A stretch of DNA of 64,000 nucleotides from Azolla caroliniana (lineage: Eukaryota; Plantae; Polypodiophyta): the NCBI GenBank assembly GCA_043228905.1, contig JBHGNT010000001.1:24490001-24554000 (forward strand), given 5' to 3'. Below are positions 38,401 to 49,626 of this stretch, piece after piece (position 1 is the stretch's first letter; every line of letters begins with the position of its first letter). The notes beneath the pieces are model-generated. The model saw nothing but the letters and a program-made list of their open reading frames with translations. It did no database searches and was not told the DNA's origin. The position numbers were made by a program, and so were the translations under genes.

Positions 38401-40272
38401 CATAGAGTTCACTCTATGCCTCATCACGAAGAGTCTGTCGTAGTCCGCGTATTCCGCGTTCGTGGCGTAATTTGTGAGTTGCCGACTTGTTGAAGCCGAC
38501 ACGCTTCATCTTTTTCGGCACTCCTCTTTGTGATGGCCGATTTTGTTGCAATAGTTGCACGTAGGTGGCATTGTTCGCCAACCTTGTTTGGCGTGGAAGC
38601 TCCCCCTTCTTGTGAAGGTTCCTTGATGGCTTCCGTTTCCTTGCCGAAATTGTGAATTCCCTTCGTGGGATAGGTCGAATTGACCTCTTCCGCTTCGATC
38701 TCGTCTATGGGCACCATCCGTATCAGAGAAGAGCATTTGTCCTTCCGATGTGTTGGTCTTTGATTGAACGTGGTTTTCTTCGACCAATAGCATTGATTGG
38801 AGGTTGAAGAACGAGGGAGGGGTATCTCTCGCCTAGATTGTCGTTCTCAACGAGTTGAATTGTTGTGCGAGGCCGCCCAAGCATACTTGCACCATCTCGT
38901 CTTCGTCGATGTTGCCGTTGATGGAGCCAAGCGAGTCGCAAATGCTCTTGATCTTGGCGGTGTAGTCTGTCACGGACATTTCTTTTTGTTGTATGTTGTT
39001 CAACTCTTGCCAGAGTTGAAGATTGCACGCGGATGTGTTCGCGGCGAAAATCTTCTTGAGATTTTCCCATGCCTCTTTGGGCATCTTGGCGTCACGAATG
39101 TGGCTAAGCATGTGGTCGTTTACACATGTTGCCAAGAAATACATTACCCGACTCGCGCCTTGCTCCCACGTTGGGTAGTTGGCGTGTGTGATTTCGGGTT
39201 TGTTTTCTTGTGCGTCATTGATGTAGCTCCAATACCCTTGGCCGACAAGGTATTGATTCATCTTGTATTCCCAAGATGAATAGTTGCTTCGGTCTAGCTT
39301 TTCGCTAGGGAGTGAGCTTCCCATTTGTGTATTCATGTTGATTGTTGTGTCTTCCGTTTTGTTTTTCTTCTCTTGGTCGCGTACACGTCCTTCGTAGCGG
39401 CACTACGGTAGCAGATAGCGAATAGCCGGGATTTGTCGTCCGCGTCTCAAACACACAATCACGAATAAGCGATGGGCTTAGTGGATTTCCTAAACCATGC
39501 ACTCTGATACCATGTTAAGTAATTAGGGTTAATTAGAGACTAATTATATGGTTACATTCAGCAGCGGAAGATTAGTATGATATGTGCGTGAGAGTGTGTG
39601 AGAGGAAGAGAGAGAGAGAGGAAGTTACACTTATGAGCACGAAGATAAATGGGGGATGATTGACTATATTGAAAAGTGTCATCAACATACAAAAATACCC
39701 ACAATGAGGTATATATACAACCCATGTGCAAAGGTGCACATGTGTGGGTAGAACATAGGTACTTATGTGTAAGTCCTACATTAAATGTACTAAGGAGTGG
39801 AGGATCTAGAATATCCCACTTAAGTACAAGGTCCTATTTAAAGGCTTAAGGTGAACACATTAACTAGATTCGATCTAGGTAACTACTAAGTTACATGTGT
39901 TGACTAACTAGATTAAACTAGTTGAGCTTGATATCTCAACAACATTACTAGAAAATTTTAACACTATAAGAGCACCAAACACTTAACGAACACCAAAGAG
40001 GACATATACATTACTAGAAACAATTAACAATACAAGAGCAACAAACACTTTCTGAAAACCAAAGAAGATAATACATCACTAGAAACATTTAACATTATAT
40101 TAGCACCAAACACTTTATGAAAACCAAAGAGGATAATATATTACTAGAAAAATTTAGCACTATATAAGCACCAATCACTTCATGCAAACCAAAGAGGATA
40201 TATACATTACTAGAAACAATTAACACTATAAGAGTGCCAAACACTTTAGGAAAACCAAAGAGGATATATATT
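35485..40272. repeat. ~65-bp AT-rich minisatellite (35485-36143 and 39947-40272), split by Copia D
   Basis: Repeated aaccaaagaggatatatacattactagaaacagttaacactataagagcaccaaacactttatgaa. Confidence 0.92.
36144..39941 (-). mobile_element. D: Copia with gag-PR-INT but no RT/RNase H; TSD ACATT
   Basis: 429-bp LTRs 36144-36572 and 39513-39941; iMet PBS about 39500-39512; ACATT on both sides; ORF 36934-38502 has WFVDSGAS, RSDGGKEY, NGVAERKNR. Confidence 0.96.
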
Positions 40273-40371
40273 GATGAATTTGTCATCCCTAATTAGGATA
40301 ATTTGTGAAGTTAAATATGAAGATCACTTGCCATTCTACAAGGTTTCTACAATGTATTAACAGTTAAAATT

Positions 40372-41250
40372 CTAAGCATTAAAGAGGGAGACCTCCCCCA
40401 ATATGTGTTCATGTACATCTTGAGGGACCTTGTAGATAGTTTTGTATCCCTTAATTTTTTGCTTTGCCTGAGTCATAGTGAACTTGATTGTGATAATGGC
40501 ATCATCATAGATTATGGTAATGGGTACATCTTGCAATAATGCATACGTGTTCTTGAATTGTGGAAACTTTGCATAATAGTTGCCACAGATGATAGACTCG
40601 CCAACATTGGACATGTTGCCCCAACCATCCCTCACCACTTCTTTCAATATTGTGGTCCCTTGCTTGCACATCACAATGTAGTAGTCTTCATTCAAAATCT
40701 TCATTTTAAGGAGATTTAAGCACTGTAAAATGATCTCCAATAAAAGTGTACATTGGTTGTAGTATACAATATTGTTTGAATGTTTGTTTTCTTGAATATC
40801 ATCTTGTCGTTGAATCTCAAGCTTCTGCAACTTCCATGACTCCATGACTCCACGACTGATAGATTGGTGCATTCATCCCAAGATTCACCTATAATACACA
40901 CAGAACAAAAGCATGATAAACTGCGAAATAACAATTGTGTTGTGTCCTTGCGATAAAACCCTAAAGAACAATGGATCTTACACGTCATTTTCATGGTTTT
41001 ACAACCATATGATTTTCCAACTCATTATCATGAATCACAATAAAAAATCTATTCTTACCATCATTTGACATCTTCCATGTTAGCCACTCCACAACATCAT
41101 GTGCATTTTGTAACTTAGCACCTTTATTATCCACCTTCTTGCTTATAAGAGCATGCTTGATCACAGCTTCCGCCCCATCATGCTCTCCCTTTCCATGTCC
41201 AAACTTGAAGTAGTTCCATTGCATCCTAATGTTGGTCAATGAGAAGTACC
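40372..41250 (-). pseudogene. Sola2-like DDE transposase, C-terminal exon (frameshifted)
   Basis: WNYFKFGHGKGEHDGA motif and RSLSCFCSVC...CTN...W Cys cluster; possible splice acceptor (ccag|gtac on minus) near 41250. Confidence 0.7.
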
Positions 41251-41307
41251 TGGGCGTTTTGCATCACAGGTAGCCAACAAACATTAGTAACAATACTAAG
41301 TTAGTAC

Positions 41308-44027
41308 GTCACATGTCATAAGTATGGTGATAAAAACATAACTATAGAAGATAACTTATCCTAATGGTATATGCTTCGTCCTTGGTGTGTGAGGTTATGG
41401 GTTCAAGTCTCTCAAATGTTACTTAATGAAATATTGAAGTTTATTTTTATATCGTGAAGCAAATCCTTCACGACACCCACCCCCTCTGAACTTGCACATT
41501 GGATGTGCAGAGTTCATCCAATATCTTGAAAAAACTCTTCATTCCCTTTCCAAATTGGATGTTCCCTAAAGCACTCTTTGTTTCTTTCATGGTTAGGCCT
41601 CATGGTTAAGAACTGTACTGTCTTCCTTCCATCCTGACTCTTGATCCTCGTGAAACCCAAGCTATCATCAATCACGTTTGTTTCCATCTTTACTACATTG
41701 ATGTATGGTTGACGAAGGATGGCAGGGTAGGTTGATCTATCCTGCACAAAGAAATTTTGAACCACCGACACATCTCCCATTGTTACTTTCACACTGGGAC
41801 ATGCTCCGAACATATCCTCCGTAGTCTCCGTGGCAACTCTTATTTTCCACCCATGATTCTTGTCGATTAGCCACCATCCTTGAGCATAAAATTCCGATGA
41901 AATCATGTAACTAATCTCTGATCCATGATCGATCAAAGCAATACATGGAATTTGTTGCTTCCTAATTTTTGTAGGTGCCTCTATTGTTGCTCGAGCCCAA
42001 TGGTCCCTTGTATAATGACTTCTATCCCCTTCATGAATCCCAACATCATTTATCTTCTTTAAACTTGCACCATTAATTGTGCCACGATCCAAATCTTGGA
42101 GTGTTGTTGCACACCCTCCCGTAACTTCTTCCATCAAATGTTTTATATTTGTCACAACTTCTGTGTCTGAAGCAAGCTTGAAAGTTGGGCTTGTCTTCCC
42201 TTTTACTTTATTCGTTTCTTTTGACTCAGGAGCATCCTTTTCCATCTCTCTTCTCTCTTGTTCTTGTGTCTCATGCATTTTAGCTAGATTAGCCTCCTCA
42301 TCCCTCTTTTGCTTCTCTTCCACTAGTACATCTTATGCATTCACTTAGGTGAATGCTGATAGTGTGTTTACCGGATCATTCCATCCAGTGAAGTTTCATA
42401 TTTCATCACCCACGCTTTTTAATTCGTCCATTCGAACCTTCCCTTTTCTTTCATACTCCATCACATCTTGCCAAAAGCTAGATCCACCATATGAGTCTTC
42501 TACTCGTAACCCTAAGGTTGTCACAAATTGTATTGATTGAATTGTTTTTATCTCAGCATCTTTCATTAGCTTTTTTATTCCACCTTGCCCGAAGTTGAGT
42601 AGGAGTGGTTCTCGTGTCTCGGTTGAGTGAATCTTACCATCTTGATAGTATATTTTATCATGATTAAGAACATCCCTATGTTCTTGATAATCTTTCTTTT
42701 GGTGGTCGACACTATCACACCACATACACCTTCGGACAATGCCACCTCCTTGCCTTGACAAAGTTGAGCTTTGTCCCAATTCCAACTTCGTCACTTTAAT
42801 CGACAAGTCTTTCTTGCCTTTCACCAATTCGTGCAAGAGTGACTCTTCTATTTTCTTCTCTCTCGAGTCATTCCCTGTTTCGTCTCCCTTCCTCTCCGAC
42901 AGCTCCATAAACCTTAACTTTCTTTTATAGAAATGGGCGCAAGCCCTTTTCACCTCCCCCTAGTCTTCTATAAGTCCACCCAGACTATTTGGATCTTCTA
43001 GAAGCATTCCCAAGTCCTTGTCTTTAATATTAGTAGCTTGTAGAAACAATATTACTTTATCTAGCATTATTATATTTCTATCTCTAACATTTAATTGTTC
43101 AAATCTTTTTGAAAATTCTTTTAACACTTCCAAAACACTTAAATATTTATCAGACTCTACCCAATCCATGAAAGCTTGCCTTATCATCCTTGACATATCG
43201 TTGAGGTTGTATTCATTCAGTAATGCTCTTTCGAACGTTGCCCATGTATGATGCTCCCTCTATAGCTCCTACCTTTCTTGTAGCCCAATCGTAGCGACTC
43301 GACGAAAGCTATTAATTTTTGCGGCTTCATCGATGCCTTGTTTAAGCATTTCCTCATTGTAAATCTTTAGAAATCTTGTTAAATTCATACCTTCGAAGAT
43401 TCCTACTCGTGTGAGAATATTGTCGACGACTTTGTCGATGCTTGCCATCATTCCTTGCTCCCGCATCATTCGTTCCATCCTTGTACACATAAGCCTCATT
43501 TGCTCCTCCATTTTTCCTTCACGCTGCCTTCACGTCGGGTTCACCAAATGTGTCGGGGTAGTTGTGGTTCATGTGGCGAAGTCGCATGGACTAATGTTAA
43601 AAGGAGTTGGCTATATATTTTATAAGGCTTATGCAACAATGTTAGAAAGATTATGGATAGGAAGAACCAAAGTTAGAAGTAATGTGTGAGAGACAGATGA
43701 GCATAGATAAGAGATAAGAGACAATGTATGATTTAAAAGTTAATTCCTTGCCTCTCTTTATAGGTTCTCTCATGCATATGATGATATGGGGGTTGCATGG
43801 TATACATGTAATGCATGTGATGCATGATAGCCATCATGCTCATCTAAGCTCTAATGTATGAAGATACACATGTCATAAGTATGGTGATAAAAACTTAATC
43901 ATATAAAATAATTTATCCTAATGGTATATGCTTCGTCTTTGGTGTGTGAGGTTATGGGTTCTCTCAAATGTTACTTCATACAATATTGAAGTTTATTTTT
44001 ATATTGTGAAGCAAATCATTCACGAAA
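41308..44027 (-). mobile_element. P2: TR-GAG-like element (gag + CCHC + protease only) of the Trp-primed Gypsy group
   Basis: Perfect Trp PBS cacgtcgggttcacca 43531-43546; 5' LTR 43551-44027; left-truncated 3' LTR 41308-41475; PPT 41476-41487; PR ALIDHGSE; ORF stops about 25 nt before the PPT. Confidence 0.88.
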
Positions 44028-44168
44028 ACGGATGGAAATGAAGGTGTTGGACAACTGTTCGGCCTATGCAAGGGTAAAGAGCCAGGACGGTAAGCACTCT
44101 GTCCAGTTTTTGACGGTGCAGCGGAACCACTAAAGAAACCGAGATTCTCTCAGCAACGAGAGCCGAGA

Positions 44169-44178
44169 GGATTTTTAG
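44169..44178 (+). promoter_or_regulatory. Putative -1 ribosomal frameshift site G GAT TTT TAG
   Basis: The PR frame ends EDF*; the -1 frame stays open from the heptamer into the pre-RT ORF at 44331. Confidence 0.6.
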
Positions 44179-46663
44179 GGAGGACTATCAAGGCGTGGGT
44201 TCGCGATAGTCTGGACAACCAGAAGAAACCCCACACCTGTACCATAGGTAGGAAATTTTGGCCCTCTGTTAATGGAGGTTGTACGATAACCGGCATCGGT
44301 GGCCAAGAGAAGAAACAAGTCGAAGGACGCTTGAAGGCATGCGACGCCTTAGGCTCCGACGACGATATCAGTGGCGCCATGGAGGTGGTCTCATTCGATG
44401 ACACCCTCGGGGAGATTGAGAAGATAGTCGAAGAGGATCTTAGCGAAGACTGGGTCGTTTTGATAAATTCTGTGAAGATGTACGAAGTCACTACGGACTT
44501 CGGGAAGATGATCCGTTCGGATCAAACTGCCTAAGTAGACACCAAGTACAAGACTGTGGACAGAAAGGTGAGGCCAGTCGCGGCTCCCTTGCCGGAGGAC
44601 AACTAGGAGAGGATGAGAGGGGTCACGACGGACCCAAGTTTACGAGATCCTTCCAGCATAGGACACCAGTTCACCGATGAGATGTTGCGGAAACTCAAGA
44701 TCGGTGGGGGTGGCTTCCTACTGGCAGCGGAGGAGGACCGGTTTCGGAGGATGCTCGAAAGGCACGGGAAAGCCTTTGCATTCTGGCCGGTGGAGATCGG
44801 GTGCGTAGACCCGACTATCGTAGAACCAATGGTGATCTTCACAGTGCCGCATGTGTCATGGAGTCTCAAACTAATTTCAGTACCGAGGGCTCACATCCCA
44901 AAGTTGATGGAGCTGCTCAAGCAGAAAGTGGAGATGGGCATCCATGAACCGTCGAGTGCTCCTTATATAAACCAGTGGTTTATGGTATCGAAGAAAAATG
45001 GCACATTGCGTTTTATTCAGGACTTGTCGTCGGCCAACAAGGTGACCATTCGAAATGTAGAAGTCGGCCCAACAATCGATGAGTTCGCGGAGGCCTTCGC
45101 CGGAAGGTCTATCTACTCAGTCAATGATTTATACTATGGGTATGACCAGTTCCAACTAATCGTGGAGAGTAGAGACATCACGATAATGTGAACCCCACTC
45201 GCCTTAGTTTAGATGTGTAGCCTACCGCAAGGAGGGACCGATTCGATGGCACACATGGTGAACGCAATGAATAAAGTGTTGAGGGATTGCATTCCGGACA
45301 TCACCATGCTGTTTTTGGACAACATCCCGATCAAGAGATGTCCAGAGGACACTAAGGACGAGTCGATCGAAGCAGACGGTTTCGGAAGTTTGTCACAGAC
45401 CACATCTCCGACTGCGAGAAAATAGGGCACAGACCACAGGCTTGAGGGCACTGGGCTTACCTTCTCCGGGGAGAAGTCAACTTTCGGACAACCAAAGATC
45501 TTGGTGGTCGGACACCTATGCATACCATACGGCCGAAAACCGTCTCCGGCAAAGGTAGAGCCCATCTCGACGATGATGGAAGAGTGCGGGTCGGTCACGG
45601 AAGTCCGATGATTCCTCAGAGCGTGCGCCTTCTACCACATTTGGATCCCACACTACGGTCACCTCTCCGAACCGCTCTATGGGTTGTTGAAAAAGGGTCA
45701 GAAATTTGAATGGAACAACGAGCACACGGAGTCAGTCCGGAGACTGAAGGAAAAGCTAACTTCGGCACCGGCTCTCCTGAAAGTGGTGTACCACAAGAAC
45801 ACTCTAGTTTACGTGATAGTGGATATGAGTCTGACCGGAATTGGATGGGTGGTTAATCAGGAAGACGAGGACGACGTACAGTTCCCCATCCGGTTCGGTG
45901 CGAAGATGCTAAGCGAAGATACGCCCAAGTTAACACGAACTCTAGGGTATCGTTTCGGCGATTAGGGCTGATAAGTGACGAGAATATGCGGAATAATCTT
46001 CGGCCACAACCGAGACTTAGATCAGTTAATGATAATCAAACACAAAAAGGAGAAATGGAAGTAAGTACACAAACAGAAGAGAATGCATAGGATGTTTAAC
46101 GTGGAAAACCCTAAACGGAAAAAAACCACGGGAGTCCACAAACTCCAAGCTATCACTATGTCAAAGAGGAATACAACAGGGGAACATAGAGGCAACGACC
46201 TCGTGCCCACAATCTTCGCCTGGCGGCGGTTACAACAGAGACTCTCTTTGTCTCTCTCTTTGTCTCTCCTTCCCTCTGCTATGCTCTATACAACAATTAC
46301 ACCAATAACACTATACAACAAATAATGACAACAACAATGATACACACACACCCTTAAGAGTTTGCCGTAGGTCATATTTATACTAATATGACTTTTGGGC
46401 TATTTACAAATATAGCCCTAGTGGGCTCTTTGGAACATATTTACATATATGTCCCTTCATCCGGTGAGAGGTTCTCACCGGGCCTGCATCATCTGGTTCT
46501 CACCGGGTCTTCCTTGCCGGGTACTCATATCCCATCCGGAGGGACTGAAATCCTAACAAACTCCCCCTTCACTCCGGCATCAGATGCCTCATCAATCCGA
46601 TCCTCTTTCAACATACGTCTAGCTTGTCGGGTGTTAGCACCTTGGTCAGCATGTCTGACCCGT

Positions 46664-47826
46664 TGTCGTGAAGATTCCGGGCCATAGTGAGAAACTCGGG
46701 AGATATTGGAGGAATCGGCAAGGTGCACCATGTGCACCCACTCTTGTAAAACTTGTATAGGGAATAGGGGTGCCTTTATGCGCCGAACGGCAATAAAGTC
46801 GGAACGGAGGATCCCATGTATCACGGGAGTTATCCCACATAGTCACACGACCCTCACCTTGTTCTATAAAAGGGAGGGCATGCTTCTTGTAGAAGGGTTC
46901 CCACCCCTTGGGTCCCAAACAGTTCTGTTCCTCATTGTTCCCCTTTATGGGTTCCATTTTTGGTGTTAATAAACTTCTGTGTATAACGTCTATTTCTGTC
47001 TTCTCGTCATCTTGGTGTGTGTGTTATCTCTATTTTTTTGTTGGGGTTTCAGTGCCATTTGTGTGCGTGTGTAGGTGGTGTGTTCGGTTGTGGCAGGCGG
47101 CGTGCGGGTTGTCTACGCCTTCACTAAGTTCTTGTTTGTTGGCTCTCAGCACTCCACGGTCTGGTATGTCTATGTGTGCGGGTGTTGGCTTCTGTCGCTT
47201 GTGAAGAGCCCACACGCTAAGTGGTTCGATGGCAGGTTCCCTCCTTGGCGTGCAAGACCCAACTCGGTTCAGTGAGCCCGTGTGCTCCCTGAAGGCGGCT
47301 TGGCTCAGGAGGCGATCATTTTGGAAGAGGCGTGCCCTGCACGAGGGTCCCGTCACGCGAATGAGCCCGAGAGCTCCCCGACCGGCCCTAGGATGTAGGC
47401 TCCCTCTTCCTCTCCATGTGGAACTGGCGTCACAGCGAGCGTTGCGTGTTTATCTATGTGTGTGTGTGTTCCCGGTTAGCGTAGGCTACGAGAGAGGGAG
47501 CGTGCGTGGTTGTCGGTGCAGAGGTGTCGGTCGTAACCGGGTGTGTGTGTGTGTGTGTGCGTGTGCACGGGCGCGGTTAACCAGGCCGTGTCTCGAGCCT
47601 CTTTTGGGCACTTTGCAAATACGGGCGAAAGGGGCGGCAAAGACGAGGGTGTAGTCTCTCACTTCCTGTGCGGTTACCGGTCACGTCCGGAGGGTATCCG
47701 GGATCGAATCGGACGGCAACGCGGCAAGCTTCGGAGGATTCGGGTTCCCGACAACTCCTCTCTTCCTGGTCCATGACCCTGGTGGTCCCACCCAGATCCG
47801 ACATGCTAGCGTGGATTACCGCGACA
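46664..47826 (+). mobile_element. B2: solo LTR of the B family, 4-bp TSD CCGT
   Basis: Reverse complement of the B1 LTR; removal restores A4 RNase H HMEENG|SDML. Confidence 0.93.
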
Positions 47827-49626
47827 CCGTTCTCCTCCATGTGGATCTTCGTCAGCATGAACTCTCGATCTTCCATTGGCTCTCGGATCTAGTGGTAACT
47901 ACCCTGGAATGATACGCAGTGTTCTTCGCAAGGTGGATGGCACTTTGACTGTCACAATAGAGCCAGTATTCCTCCTGTCGGATCCCTAGCTCTTCAATGA
48001 TGTCCTTCATCCATAGTATTTCCTTGCCGGCTTCCACAACTGCCATGTACTCTACCTCTGTGGTTGACAACGCAACCGTCTTCTACAGCCTCGACTGCCA
48101 TGAAACAACTCCCTCTGCATATGTCATAACGTACCTGGATGTTGACCGGCTGGTATCCGCATCAGCCGACATATTTGAATCGGTGAAACCGTCAAGTTGG
48201 GGTTTACTGGAGCCGAATCGGAGACACATACTTGAGGTGCCTTTCAAGTACCAGACTATCCATTTTACTGCATTCCCGTGCTCCTTGCCGAGATTGCTCA
48301 TAAACCGGCTCACCACTCCGACTGCGTATCCGATATTCGGTCGGGTACACACCATTGCGTACATTAAGCTCCCGACAGTAGAGGCATATGGTATCTTCAT
48401 CATATCCTCCTTCTTTGCCTTCGTCTTCGGGCTTTGCTTGCCGGATAACTTGCAATTTGCCAGGAGTGTCGATCCGACCGGTTTCACATCTGACATGTTG
48501 AACCGCTGAAGCACCTTTGTCATGTACTTCTCCTTTGAAAGCCACAATTGCTTCTTTGACCGGTCCCAGAAGATATGCATCCCCAGTATCTGTCTTGCCG
48601 GACCCAAGTCTTTCATTGAGAAGGTCTAGGTTAAAGACTTCTTCAGCATCCGTATCTTGACTTGGTCTTGTCCGATGATCAACATGTCGTCCATGTATAG
48701 GAGGAGTATCAGGAAGTCTCCACCTTCAAACTTCTTAACAAACACGCAGTGATCGGCTTGTGTTTTGTGGTATCCTTGATCCATCATGAAGGAATCGAAC
48801 TTCCGGTACCATTGCCAGGGAGCCTACTTTAAACCGTAGAGGCTCTTCTTCAACCGGCAAACCAGGTGCTCCTTCCCCTTCTTCACAAATCCTTCCGGTT
48901 GCTGCATATGGATCCCCTCTTCGAGGTCACCTTGGAGGAACGCCATCTTCACGTCTAACTGCTCTACCTCGAGGTTCATGCTTGCCGCTATGCTCAGCAC
49001 CGTCTGGATGGAAGTCATCTTTACTACCGGGGCAAATATCTCGTCAAAGTCCACGCCCTTCTTCTACTGGAACCCCTTCACCACGATCCTGGCTTTTTAT
49101 CTTGGGGGGTTTCCGGCATCTCCCGGTTTCAGCTTGTACACCCACTTGTTTCGGAGTGCCCTCTTTCCTTTCGGCAACTCCACCAATTCATACATGTGGT
49201 TCTCATGCACGGAATCCATCTCGTCTTGCATGACACTCAACCACCTGCAGCTATGGGTGTCATTCTTCCCTTCTTCGAAGCTTTTCGGCTCCCCCTCATC
49301 AGTTAGCAACACATGCTCTACATCCAGAAATCTCCGGGGGGCTCTTCTTTCCCGGAGAGGATATCTCTGTCCTCAGTTTTCAGCAACTGGCTCCCGTGTC
49401 TGTTCTTCATCCGAATCTAATTCGGGGTCTTGTCCGGTTCCGGTTTCTGCTTCTTCTTCTTCTTCTTCGGTCGGTTCGGTATCCTCACCGTAACCGGCCG
49501 GTTCTTCGAGTGTCAACTGGCTCTTAGCCGGGTAGGTCCGAATCTCATCAAACCGATCCTTACCGCCTTAAGCTTCCGGCCGGTTTCTCTTTCCACTCTC
49601 GCGTGGAGCTCCTTGAAGACGGATAA

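Larger units (their letters stand above)
31330..41305. mobile_element. Putative large Sola2-like DNA transposon remnant, interrupted by Copia D
   Basis: Transposase C-terminus on minus 40372-41250, convergent + strand ORF remnants, internal minisatellites; no TIRs identified, so extent is inferred. Confidence 0.5.

Noticed and set aside
35485-40272. Possible CRISPR array
   Set aside because: Head-to-tail minisatellite without unique spacers, no cas genes, eukaryotic TE context.
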